A DNA stretch of 63,917 nt, filler included, from Psammoneis japonica (GCA_008632985.1; 3 parts of 3 records of this genome joined end to end with filler, not necessarily neighbours in it); one strand, 5' to 3'; shown: positions 13,421 through 26,304, counted from the whole stretch's first letter. Numbers and translations: made by a program. The notes: generated by a model not told the origin, from the sequence alone.

Positions 13421-16097
13421 ACGCTTTCTCCAAGGCTTCCTGATGCATGGCGATGAACAATTTCAGCAATCAAACAATCAACAATCCACAGGACAAAGGA
13501 AACAAAATGTTCCCAGTTGATCCACACCACGAGAATGATCAACAACCAAACAACAACCAATTCAATGGCAGCAACACAAGATTCGAGTTCAAACAAACGC
13601 TGCTCCGAATCGCCAATTTCACGAGTGCAACTGCGCTGCGATTCTGATCGACTTCGAATGAAATTTTCTGCAAGAGCTCGCAAATAAATTTTCTCTCTTC
13701 TTGACAACACTCTTCGTGTTGTCATAAATTTGACAATGTGGTGAACAAGCTGCAACAACGACTGTGGTTGCAGTGCAAGATCTAGCTTGAGATGACTTGA
13801 TGAAAGTTGTGGGAGAACCAAGAAGAGACCCGATCAGCGCAATCGCTGATCGGAACCGACTTCTAATGGCTTCCTGAACATCCAATGCATCAGTTGACAT
13901 GCACACATCAGAGAGGGCACACTCGGTGATGAAGCACATTTGCCCATCTCATTCACTGTCATGGAAAGTTGTTGATCAAAAACGGCCACAATGACCCTCT
14001 TTTGATGAACACTTTGTCACCACATAAAACATCGTCACTCAAAGTTTGCGAGCCAAAATCACTTGGGTGGTGAGGGCAACACACAAAGGAAAATGTGAGT
14101 CATTCACAACACATTGACAATTTCACATGTTTTTGCACACATGCACATCATTGACAAAGTGGAAAACATTCGCAACAGACTTTCCACGCTTTTGCGGCAA
14201 CTTCCAGGCTGGTCAAGATGATCAAGCCCATCCACTGCACCGTCCGCAAACTTCAATTGCTTGGCATGTCTGCGTGCATTCAACAGAAAAATGACGTCAT
14301 GCAGGCTTGAAATTCTGGATGTTTTGTTCACAAGAAGTGTCAACTTGTGCTGCATGCTCGGCATTTTTTCACCTGGTGTGGGCAGCAGGTTTTGACCAAC
14401 TCGACTCGAGGGAAGCGAGAGTCGTCGTCATGTCACAAAAGTGACCCGGATGTCAAAGTGGGGAGAACTGACAACAACTGCACAAGCAACCATCATCAAA
14501 GGCAGCTGCACTCAAGGACAAGGGACAATGTGTGAAGCAAAATGCAACATGCAGACAAGGAGCTTGTGCAGAAACAAAGTGTCCAGCCACACCAGCACCA
14601 GTGGAGGAGGCCACAAGAGGAGGCAGAGCAACACGAGGAGGAAGCAAGAAGAGAGAAGCCGCCAAAGGGGACAAGAGCCTGCACAGAGGACAGCGGCATG
14701 TGCTGTGCCTTGAAGAACTGGGTGGAAGGGGTGAAGAGAATGCCAAAAGGGGAAATTGTGAGACTCTGTTTTGGGAGCTGAAAGCAAGCAGTTGTGAGAT
14801 GCTTTGCAGCACAACCCAGCAAAAGCTCACATTGCTGCCCCAACAGGCCAGCCAAGAATCTCTGTGTGTTGTCCATGACCAAGCAGCAGCACCCTGAAAA
14901 GTGTTTTCAACACCACTTTGGGGTGTGACCCAGTTGTCAATGAGAGCTGTGCCTTGCAAAAAACTGCTCCAGTGCTTGTCAGCAAATCTCCGAGCATGTG
15001 CGAAAGCACCGGAGCTTGCTGAAGATGTCTCTCTGCTGCTGTGCGCTGCTTCTGTCAAATGAGAGCACAAGCATGTGCTCCATGACCTCTTTGCAGAGCT
15101 GGGCAATTGTCTTTGCAGCTTTGGTGTTTGGTGCAGAGCTTCCAGCACAGTGCTTTGCTGCAGCACCAACAAGGTCACGGGCAAGAGCAGCAGTGTCAGC
15201 AGCAAAAAGCAGCTCTGCTGTGTGTTGGAGCAGCAAGCAGCCAGAGCAACAACAACAAAAAGAAAAGATGAAAAGAGCAGAAGCTCACAAGCACGCAGCA
15301 TCTGAGGTGCCCAGAAATGACCTCCAGTGTGTGCCAGCACAAGACAAGCAGCGGCAAAAGCAGGGTGAGAAAACAAAGGCTTGCTTTGATGAGGATGGCA
15401 TGGGGGCAAAGTCAAGAAGCCACACAGAGAGAAGCAAGCCAACTTGGCGCAGTCTTGGCACCAGGTGGTGGTTCAAGAGTGCACATCATTGTGCACAGCC
15501 ACTGCTTGTGAGGCGCCAGCCAAGAGCAGCGGCAGTGCTGGCCAGCTCCCAGGAGCTGCCAGAGCTCAGAGAGCCGGCCCCCTGCATTGTCAACTCAGAA
15601 CACTTGCAAAAGAAGAGACAACAACAGAGAGACAGGAAGCAAGCAACAGCTGACAACAGCAATTCTTTCTGCTTGGGATGCCACCACATTTTCCATGTTC
15701 ACTGGCCCAGTTGCTTGCGTTGGACTGGCGACATTTGTGCCACAAGATCCGTCATCTCCGTGCACACTGCGATGCGGCGGTTTAAAAAGCTGTGTTTGAC
15801 TAACTTGATTAAAGTGACAAAGGGCAATGTGTGATGACTCAAAAAAGTGCCCCGTTGGGCAAGTAAAAATTTGCCTTTGTGTGCAGTGTGACCTTGTTGC
15901 ATCCTCCGCCTTGTGTGCGGCATAAAATTTGTGCGGTGCACAAGGCGCAATTGCTTGGAGGATGACCTTCCACGTCAGCATTGTCATCATGTGCGGCACC
16001 CCACACTGTTTGACGACCTGCTGTGTGCTCCTCGCCAAAATCGCCAATCTTGAAATGTCAATGCGGAAAGTGGTCGCGGAATCCGTCGAGCAAAAGG

Positions 16098-16478
16098 AAG
16101 TCAACACAAGTCAACATTGGTCAACACAAGTCAATGTTTTAAGTCAACAATGGTCAACAAAAGTCAACAAAAGTCAACACAAGTGAACATGAGTCAACAA
16201 AAGTCAACGTGAGCAAGTCAACAAAAGTCAACAAAAAAAACAAAAAGTCAACACAAGTCAACAACAAGCAAAAATGTCTGCGGACAAACTGACAGTCTTG
16301 CACCTCGCTTGCCCACAGCCCCATGTGACAATGTCACAAACGCAGACAGTTTTGCGTGGGCACCACGCACACTCCACAGGCAGAGTCAACACAAGCCAAC
16401 AAAAGTCAACATGAGTCAACACAGTCTAAGTCAACACAAGTCAACAACAGTCATCACAAGTCAACATGAGTCAACACG
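16098..16478 (+). repeat. Degenerate ~10-bp minisatellite arrays with a GTCAAC core (two blocks, ~16098-16265 and ~16382-16478)
   Basis: Repeated aagtcaacac / aagtcaacaa / gagtcaacat units visible directly. Confidence 0.9.
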
Positions 16479-17136
16479 CTTGAGCAAAAGCATTTGCATT
16501 TGCTCACGACTTGGTTCATCAAACAACTTTTGTTGTCAAGGCATGCGCACAATGAGCGCACAGCAGCGCAATGTCAGACAGACAACAGCCATGCATTTTT
16601 TTGCGATTTGCGCGACAAATTGCCGTCGACGCCGACGATGACGCCGACAATTTTCAGACGCTGCAGAGGACAACTTTGCGATGGGCACTCAATGCATTTT
16701 GGTCAATTGCGCTGTGCAGAACACACACATGCAAAGAAAGTCCCCCGGACGAACTCATGATCATTCGACAGTTGAGTGCATAAAACGACGGTTGAAAAAC
16801 AGAGCTCCTCATTGGTGTGACATTTTGCGCTCTGACGGAGGTTGCTCGCGGGGACTTTCATGACTGCACGCGTTCTTAAACATGACAAACTGGATGTCTG
16901 TGATGACAAAAGACTCTGGGACACGTCGCTGTCATCGCTGTCGTTGCGACAACGCACCACCGTCACGTCGCCGATTGTTGGCGATGAGGCGCGTAGCGCG
17001 CTGCGCATTTCTCGTGCAGCAGAAAATCCTGAAAAATCAAATTGTCGTGCCTTTGCCCCTTCGTTCTGTGATTGCCTCAACAAAATTTATGGGATGTTTG
17101 GCTGGCGAACAAGACTGAATTCAATGGACATCCGTC

Positions 17137-17650
17137 AAGGATGGATTGTCCAGATGAGGCATTTTTTCAATTGGCTCGTGATTTTGCAATTTTCTTGTGC
17201 TTCGCCCGTGTCATTTTGCAATGCCTCTGAGCACCCCCAAACACTTGTGAGTGTGTCCACCCCCCATCAGGGCCATTGGACCCACATGTGAACTGCACAT
17301 TTCAACCTTCAAACGCCAATTGTCGGATTCGGTGCAGTTGTTGTGTTCCACAAACCGCTGTTTTTTGCCAAAATTGCACTGCTCATGGGAGATGTGCCAT
17401 GACTTTCCAGGAAATGCCTGCAATTGGTGTTTGACTGGCCACAGACACATCCACAGTTGTCATGCTAAAGATCGCGCATGGTCACGACCATCGCCAACAC
17501 ATTCTATGATGTCTTTCGAAGGGACAAAGTCCGACCTGTCGCTGAAAATGTTTTGTTGGCGAGCGCGCGCATCCAGTCCGAGAAATCCGGGTTTTTTCAA
17601 AAAAGTGCAAGCTCGCGCACAAACAGACCTCATCTGGACGATCCATCCTT
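17137..17650. repeat. ~0.5 kb segment bounded by 23-bp inverted repeats (MITE-like)
   Basis: aaggatggattgtccagatgagg (17137-17159) versus cctcatctggacgatccatcctt (17628-17650), one mismatch; no TSD recognised. Confidence 0.6.
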
Positions 17651-19072
17651 TCAAATGGAAATCGCCAATTTGTCTGTTGAGATTTGAAACTCACATGTTC
17701 AAGACTGCATCAACAAAATTCGTGGATGGTGCTGTTCGTCAGCACTGTGCACACAGCTCATGGGCGATTGTGCAAGCCATGCCACTCAGCAGAGGCAATG
17801 TTTTGGCATTGTTGGCCCATGTCAGGTTGATGCAACTGATCCCATTGTCACCGGCAGCCCGCCAAACACAATGAGGGGAACTGGGGCAGCCTCTCGTCAT
17901 CATCTGTTGTCTGTCTGTCTGCCTCCTGCCATGTGCCACTGCAGCGCAGTGACTCTCCTTGAGCTGGGCCTGCTGTCTTGGCTCCGACACGGACTTGTCT
18001 CTTGGCATGTTTGGAGGCCAATTGGCTCAAGAGATCTGAACAATGAGGCTCGCCGTGTGTCTCTTCCATTTTGCGCTGACTTTCCATTTGGCCAAAGTCA
18101 CAGATTCCTTGCAGCATGGCACTTTCCTGTCGTGTTGACAATGTGGGCTCTCCAGTTTGCCCTCAATTGATGCTTTGGACTGGGCTGTCTCATTGGATCT
18201 GTGGTCATCAGCAAGCTCACAGTCCTGAAGAAAACAGACGCTCTTTGACATGTGTGTTTCTTGTTCCACACATTGTCAACGAGCTCGGCAAAGACAAATC
18301 CTTGATTTTGAGCAAAGTTTTTTAGCTCCAGCAATTTTTCTCTGTCACATCTAATTCGTCTGGCTCTTCTATTTTTTGAAACTGCGCTGTCTTGACATTT
18401 GCAATTTCACAAGAAGTGCAAATCTTGGGTTCACCAACTCTGCTCTCCATGCTGTGAACAATGTCTGGCAGCACCCACAAGAAATCTGGTCGACCATTGA
18501 CAACACAAATGTCTGTGTTTTAATCTTGCAGTGCCGGTGGTAGAGGCTTCTTCCTGCCTGCATAAAAAATTCAGTTCCACCCATCATGGTCAAGACAAAG
18601 GTGTTCAAGAAAGACCTCGAGCATGGAGGAATCACAAACAACCCATGCCAGGTCAATGCACCTCCAGATTTTTGAGAGCAAGCTGCGGTCTTGTGATGTT
18701 GTCCACAGATCACTGTCAGCACCCTGAACAAACACTGCCACAACTGAGAACTGAACAATGAAGAAGATGAAGTGTTGAACAGCATCAACAGGTTCTAAAT
18801 TGTGAGTCAGACATGCCACTGGAACCAGTGATTCAGCAATGGTGGAACAATTGCCAATGGCAAACAAACACTCATTTTCATGACAGCATGTCAGCATTTG
18901 TTCAATCCTCTGGAACTGACCCACCCCTTTGCAAGTGGAGAACATGGTTTTGATGTCATGGCGATGCAATGTTCACGTCGTGAATTTTTCACATGTTGGC
19001 ATGTCACTTGATTTTTTGCATTTGTGCACAAACGCCAATGGCGACAGGAAAAATCCTGAAAACCACATTCTT

Positions 19073-22000
19073 CCCCTAAATCTCAAGTCGCTTGGAACTG
19101 ACCACAGCTTGAGACACTTTTTGACCTTTCTCGCAACCACGAAAAAAGCACGCGTCACATTGGATCGACCATGATGATGCCTCACAACTCTTCCCCAATG
19201 CCTTCCCAGGACACCGTTCCTGCCGACACTGTCCACAATGACACTGACACAACAGGCAATGTCATCACTTCTGTTGTGAACGGCCTGGTGCATGCAGAAC
19301 AAGATGCCACAAACTGACACTGTTGTTTGCACGCTCCACTGCCTCCCACAGATGCCACAATGAACACCAATGCCATCCCTGCATTTCCTTTGACTGGCAT
19401 GCCTGATGCTGTCACTCATGCCCTCAGCACAACAGGTGCTGTTGATGCTGTTGTTGTCTTTCACCAATGACATCCACTGTCAATTGCTGCAAACTGACAC
19501 TTTTGTTTTTCCACGCTGCACTGCCTCCAACAGACAAAGTCATGAATGCCAACGCCGCACCTGCGCTTGGCTCCGCCAGCATGCACGATGCTGTTGCTCC
19601 TGCCGTTGCTGTCACAGGTGCTGTTGATGCTGTCATTTTGTTGTGCCAATTGCATCTGCAATTAAATGGTGCCAACTGATGCTGCTTTCCATTCTTGCCC
19701 CACCGCCTCCCACATGCACTGTCGTGAACACCACCATGCCGACCTTTCCCCCATCATCCGAAACCCCCCCCAATGCTGCCACACCCGGCATGGACGGTGG
19801 TTGCCCACTGGCTCCAGCAGTTGACACCCAAACACGCGGGTCTGGCTTTGCATTCAACTGACTTTCTAGCACTTCATCCCGGTGGCACCGAGCACATGTC
19901 CCGAGCAGCTGGGGCCGCTGTCGAGCCATTTTGGTTCTTGCACCACAGCAACAATTTGACATGCCAACGAGCCTCCACAAATTCTGGAATCATTGGCATT
20001 GGGGCGACTAAATTCCAAGGGTCAAGAAAAGATTGAAGAGGAGCTGGATGCTTTGCAGGATTGTCTTGGTGGGCTTTAACTCAAAATTGGAACTTTGTTG
20101 AAAGAATTGGTTGATGGCTCTGCCAAAAGTGACCCAGTCAATTCTTCTCAATGAAAAATTGAGGGGGAAAAGCACACATGTTGTGGGCACTTGATGGGTG
20201 CATCGAATTCATGTTCATTGACAAATCAAAAAATGGAGCGTGGTTTTCCCAAACAAGGACAATTGTTTTTGCCAGAAAGAAGCACTCCATGGCACAATGA
20301 TCCAAACTGGTGAAGCAATCAAGGGGGTGGGGGGTGGCACACATTTTTTGTGCCAGGTTGGGTGTCGTGGTTCTAAGCCCATTGGCACATTTTATCGAAA
20401 CGGCACACTGCACTGTTGAGTGCATGTTTTTTGCCACACAACAGCACTTGCACTGTGCAGCAATCTCTCATTTCTTGAAAACGTCCACAAACAATCCCAT
20501 GTCCTTCTTGTGGGCTTGTGATTTTCGTCACACGTCGCTTGGAATTTCAAATTAGAGGCAGCAGACGCGTTCCAGCCCCAAGTGGGAGCTCGCAGTGCTG
20601 ACGTGTGACACAAACATTTTTTATGAGTTGGCCGGGGTGGGGCTAGTTGGTCGTGCACGTTTGGGTTCGATTCAGCCGTGCAACTGGCCATGCCCTGCAG
20701 GAAAAGCTGTTCGGTGGCGCGCGAGCAGATGCAGCACAGTGCCGCAGAAGCAACAAAGCAGAAGAGCACGGCGTGGGTCAAAACGTTGTAAAATGATGCG
20801 ACAACAACCAGTGAGAAGAAACCCAACTTGACCCATGAACACAGCGCACAAATGTTGTCCAACGACTTCAACAGTGTCTCGCATTCCCTGCTTGTAGATC
20901 AGTGAACGCTGCTCGCGTTGCTCGCCATGGTGTTGTTGGGCGTTGTCGTGTTGTTTGCGCACGAAGAACATTCCATCTGTTTGTCCAACAGTGAATCTGT
21001 TTTGGTCACAGTGGATGTTTCACTGCATCCAATCTGAAAACATTTTGAGAAGCGCTTTGGGGCGATGCTGTTCGGGACGTTAAACAGAAATTTTTTTATC
21101 CAGATTCCAGAGTTCTTCAGGGGTGTTCTGTGAGATTTTTGAATTGCCACACATGTGGACACATTAAAAGCACAACAAAATTTTGTGACATCTAAAAGCT
21201 TCAGAGACTTGCACAAATTTGTCTTTCATGTGGACCACGCAGCTTGTGTGCCGGCGGAAAATCCACCGCATGTCAACTCACTCAGCGGCAATTCCACATG
21301 TGTTCTGCTTGCACCTCACACACGTGTGCACACCTGCACAGTCTAACAACCGCGCACAAGTGCACGAGATCAACCGTCGCATGTTTCGCACGCACATTTC
21401 TGCGTGTGCTCTTCCAAAAAATTGTTCAAGACTCGCTGTTTTGCAAAAGCCCAGACGTTTTATTTAAGGTGGCCCGTCGGCTTGTTTTTTTCGCACATCT
21501 TTTCCGGGTTTTTCCGCGTTTTTGACGTGTCGCGACAGAAAATGACACGACGAAAGCACGAGCGACAATGATGATGTTCGCGACGAGCGGTGAGTTGCAA
21601 AGCATCACCTCACGAGGGACACTCATTGGTTTTGTTGTCGTCATGTGGTGCAGATTGATTTGTGTGCTTTCGTCCCTCGTGCCACTGGGCCAATTTTGAG
21701 AGATGGCGCAATTGCCGTCATCGTCGTGCTTCGATCGCGGTGCCTGATGTTCTCGTTTTCGTGGGCAATCGAACAATTCTTGCATTCAAAATTGACAACC
21801 ACAAATGAACGCATTCAAACACATCGCTAATTTTAGGATGAACGCAGAAAAAATGAGTCGGCGGTCCCCCTCAATGAAACCATGGAAACACAAATGCACC
21901 AGGTGCATTCTTCAATGTCTGAAGAATGCACCTGGCTGAGCAAAAATTGATGTGCTTCAACCATGGATGAGTTTGTGCGTTCGCAAAATTGCCTTGTTTT

Positions 22001-24285
22001 CTGTTGGCGATCATTGACATGTCAATTAACTGACAATTTTGCTGCAGAGCTCGCACGCAGAATTCTGCGGGCCCAGTGTCACACGGATTCCCGCCCACGT
22101 CTGGAACGCGTCAGCAGTTGCGCTCCATTCTGCCACAGGCTCAAGTTCAAGAAATGGGCTGGCATGTCGCCTCAACAGAAAAATCTTTCACATCCACAAC
22201 TTAGGACAATTTTGTGTGTGCCGATTTGCAACCTTTTTCGCGAATGTTTGGTCTGTCATCTGTCCATCAGAATGTGGATTTTTGTGACCCTTCAGGCCTT
22301 CTTCACCGCGACACAGCACGGCACAATGGCGCTGTCATGCCGTCGCGATTTTGAGCACAATGGAAGGTGGGGCATCGGTCGCCGATGATTGCATTGGTCC
22401 CTTTCGATGCTCTAAAGGCTCGAATGTGTCGTCGGCGACCAATGCCCCACCTTCCTTTGTCATGAAAATGCCATCTCTTTTTCGCCATGGCCGCACCGCG
22501 CAAGCGTTGAGTGATCTTGCAAGCGATGACAAGGCACGTGCATCTCTGCGTGATTCAGTGCTCGTCATTTGAATTTCCAATTTTCTCACACCAACATCAA
22601 CTGTCATCGTCGTTCGTGCAGCCATGGCATCCAGCAAGAAAAAGAGCAGCGATGCAGGAAAGAAAAAAGTTGTTGTCCTGTTGAAAAGAGAGCCAATGAT
22701 GCTCTCATTCTTTTGACAGCACACGTCTTGGTGAGCTTTGATGGGAAATGGCCAAACGCAGGAGACATTCACCGTGTGCTCCAGGTTGGTGGCATTCCAG
22801 GCAGAATGGCCCAAGTGACACACCGGATTCAATCCAGAAGGGATCTGGATCCAAGGGCTTGGTTTCATTTCGCAGAATGTCCAATGACAATGAAAGGTGC
22901 AGCCATTCAGCAAAATTTGAATCTGATCCCGATGCTCCCGAATCTCAAGCCCACATTCAAATTGAGTCATTCAGGATCGACTTGTTGGCGTGCTGCATGG
23001 TTCGTGTGATTCCCTCATTGCATCCGTTGATGCTCATGTTGCACAATCTACCGTGAAGTCATGCAACAGAATGGAACAATGCATTTTATGACAACAGCGA
23101 TTGCAGCGGCATTAATTTTTTCAACTGCCATTGCAGTTGGCGACATTGAGTTGCAATTTGCGGTGTTATCACATTCTTTGAAAGCATCCTCTTCTTCAGA
23201 CAACTCAGCTGCCGGCATCCACACAGTCGTCATGGCAAAGAAACAGCTCTCGCTTTTTCTTCAGTGTTGATGCATGGAGGGAGAAAAAAAATTCTCAGAT
23301 TGCACACAATTTCAGTGCTGAAACACACGTGGAACAGACAGCAAAAAGACGCGCAGGCCAACCCATGTTCGCAAAATGGGACTCACGTGGCGGCCCTTCA
23401 CACCAGCCCATTTCTTGAACTTGAGCCTGTGATTCCGCAGCCTCTTCCAGTTTGGGACAGTCCTTTGGAAATGGGGTGGTGCCCTGTTCCGCTCCAACTT
23501 GGTTTGTGACACTGTCCAAGTCACTGAGCACCCAAAGTTTGACGATTTGTTCTCTTTAAGCACAGAGAAGGCAGCGTTGCACCAAGTGACTTTGTGGCCG
23601 GCACCTGGTTGCCCAAAAAACTCAGACTTGTGAATGCCACTGCACTTGACGTGGACCGCCGCCTTGTTCTCCATCATGACGATTTCTTGGATTTTCTTGT
23701 TGTGTTTTCCCAGACAATCATGAATGGGTGATCAGCACATGTCACCAACAATGACACAACACCACAGCAGATGAGGGAATTGTGGATGGCATTGACCAGT
23801 GGTGCAGGTTTGGCATTGATGGAAGCTGTGGCAGGCAGTGGGCAAAAATGGAGAACAATGTCAGTTTGCAGCATTTAATTGTGGATGTTGTTGGCACAAG
23901 TCAATGACAGCATCAACAGTGCCTGTTGTGCCAAGGGTGTGAGCAACAGTGTTGAGCATGCTGGTCAAAAGAAATGCAGGGATGATGTTGGCATTTGTGA
24001 TGGCATCTGTGGGAGGTGGTTTGGCAAGGAAACAACAGTGTGAGTTGGCAGCATCTCGTTTTGCATGCATCAGGCCGTTCAGAACAGAAGCAATGACTTC
24101 ACCTGTTGCACCAGTGTTGTTTGTGACAGTGTCGGCAGGAACGGTGTCCTGCAAAGGCATTGGGGAAGAATTGCGAGACATCATCATGGTTGAGTTGTCA
24201 AAACACGTGCTTTTTTCACGGTGTGGAAATGGCCAAAAAAGTGTCACAAGCCACAGTTGGTTCCAGGCGACTTGAGATTTAGGGG
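19073..24285. repeat. Long diverged inverted repeat pair (arms ~19073-19500 and ~23860-24285) enclosing ~4 kb of unidentified decayed DNA
   Basis: cccctaaatctcaagtcgc(t/c)tggaac... and cttccccaatgcctt..caggacaccgttcctgccgacactgtc... occur on + at 19.07-19.5 kb and on - at 24.29-23.86 kb. Confidence 0.8.
22362..22455. repeat. Hairpin/palindrome with 27-bp arms and ~40-nt loop
   Basis: ggaaggtggggcatcggtcgccgatga versus tcgtcggcgaccaatgccccaccttcc; both mismatches are CG/TG type. Confidence 0.85.
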
Positions 24286-24999
24286 TGCCATGGGATGGGA
24301 GTTTTTACCCAATGACATGTGCATGTGCGCATGAACAGGAATGCATCCGACTCAACGCATGTGATGATGTCATCACACATCACCCACACCCACATCCCAT
24401 GGGACCACTTGCAAAGGGGTGGAACTGACCACAGCTCTGCTTGAGTCAGATCGACAGACAAATGCAACCTGATGCTGCCGGCCTGTTCCAGCTCCAGGTG
24501 ATGCGCACAGGTTCGATTTCCATCATTTGCCCATTTTGGCATTTGGCACATTGAGGCATGTGCACAACAAGCACACAGCAGCACAATGTCAGACAGATGA
24601 CAGTCATGCATTTTTTGCAATTTGCACGACAAATTGCCGTTGACGCCAATGATGATGACATTTTTCTCAAGCTCACGCAGGACGACTTTGCAGTGGGCAC
24701 TTGTCACAATGATCAACCACACCATTTTGAACACGAACATGCAAAGAAAGCCCCCCTGATGAAGCCCCAATCATTGGACAATGAATGCACACCAAGGTGA
24801 CTGTGGGGAAGCCATGTTGGACTTTGCCGTGCCCGTTCCGGCATTGCCCAGGAGCCCCACACGCTCGGGGCGCGGCAGCCTCAAGTCATGACCAGCCTGT
24901 GGCTGTCATCACACATTGTCAAGCCGAGACCAAATCCAAGTTCTCCATCAAGTGTCAACGCATCCCACAGCGGCAGTGGGTCCTGCCAAGCCGTGGGGG

Positions 25000-26204
25000 G
25001 ATGGCCATGCCTGTGCCATGGTTGGCGATCTTGTGAGAGGACAGTTCACTCTAGAGTGGAGTTCGTGGACACCACCTTCAATTTAGCTCAGCAAGGCACA
25101 TGGGTCCCTGCCCATGCCTCGCTCCTTGGACATGTGGCTGATGCGCCCAATGGTTTGCACCCCCACATGCAGACTGATGCCACTGAATCCATCAAGGTCA
25201 GGACCCGTGCGGCCATGTTTGTGCCATTCAAATTGGTGCCGCTTCTCTTGGGGCAAGCCCAAGGAAGCTTGCTGCTGGGTGCATGGGGCTGCAATGGCTG
25301 CCAATAAAGTGGCCGCAGTCAGTCCACTCCTTGATTTTCTGCGGGTGGCATGCTGCGCTGCCACCAATGCCCAGCTTCAGTCTGCCATCGCACGAGCTTG
25401 GCCCGCCATGCCGTGCCCACCAAATGAGGTGCTCACACAATGCTTTGACCTCAAGGTGGAGCGTGACATCCCCAGGAGACTGGGGTGCCACCAACCGATG
25501 CCACAGCAGTTCCAACCAGTCACAGCGGCAATCAAAGGGCTTGCTGCTGAGCAGCGACAGCAGGGTCTGGATGCAGAAGTGCGAGCTCAGGCATCAGTGT
25601 GCGGCAAGACCCCGGGAGAATTCTGGGGTGTGTTTGGGGTCACCAAACTAATGAGGTGGTGTCAAATTTACACCGAAGCCACTCTCCCACCCCTTTGGGC
25701 AGCTTTGTCATCAGCTCAAAAAACTGGTCATTTGTCGGTGGTCCAGAACGCTGTAGACGAACAGTGCCAAGCTCTCATGGTTTACCATGATGTCCCCGTG
25801 ACCATCAGCAGTCTTGTCACAAAGCTTGTCCAGCTCAATCTTGTGGGCCACAACCAAGATGAGCCCATGCAAGGTGTTGCCCCCTTCATGTTTGGACTCA
25901 CCACACCATGGCGCACCAAGCAGATTGCCTGCTGTAACTCCATGCATGCTCAAATTCATGGAGGGGCTGGAGCACCATCGTTGCAAGACACCAAGCTTCT
26001 GGAAGCGCCAGACAGAGCACTCGTCGCGACTGCTGTGCAGGCCACCCAGCAATCACATGACAGCTGCCGGTTGGTGCATTCTGCCATGCTCAGTGTCAAC
26101 CACCCTGTCGTTCAATGGTTGACTCGACAACACATGGATGTGGAAATCCAACACTGGCTCAAGATGCAGGCAACCAGTGATTGGCCGGTCCCGTTTGTCC
26201 CACT
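25000..26204 (+). mobile_element. Decayed ORF resembling ORF1/gag-like proteins of diatom retroelements (possibly DIRS/Ngaro-type); cut by assembly gap
   Basis: VRTRAAMFVPFKLVPLLLGQ...PLLDFLRVAC...KLMRWCQ....LPPLWAAL reads as a real protein; family assignment is from recall only. Confidence 0.35.
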
Positions 26205-26304
26205 NNNNNNNNNNNNNNNNNNNNNNNNNNNNNNNNNNNNNNNNNNNNTTAATTAATTAANNNNNNNNNNNNNNNNNNNNNNNNNNNNNNNNNNNNNNNN
26301 NNNN
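26205..26304. other. Assembly gap with artificial TTAATTAATTAA six-frame-stop linker
   Basis: N-run / ttaattaattaa / N-run, identical to the structure at 52200-52299. Confidence 0.97.

Noticed and set aside
16098..16478. GTCAAC array as a CRISPR or telomeric repeat
   Set aside because: Units are ~10 bp with no unique spacers, no cas genes and a eukaryotic context; not TTAGGG-like.
19900..20440. Possible Ulp1-like protease remnant on the minus strand
   Set aside because: Only a weak resemblance (CAFPPQFF); the catalytic HW and QxxxxDCG motifs were not found.
26205..26304. TTAATTAATTAA palindrome between N runs (also 52200-52299)
   Set aside because: Identical artificial scaffold linker with stops in all frames; not biological. 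Adjacency across these gaps is unproven.
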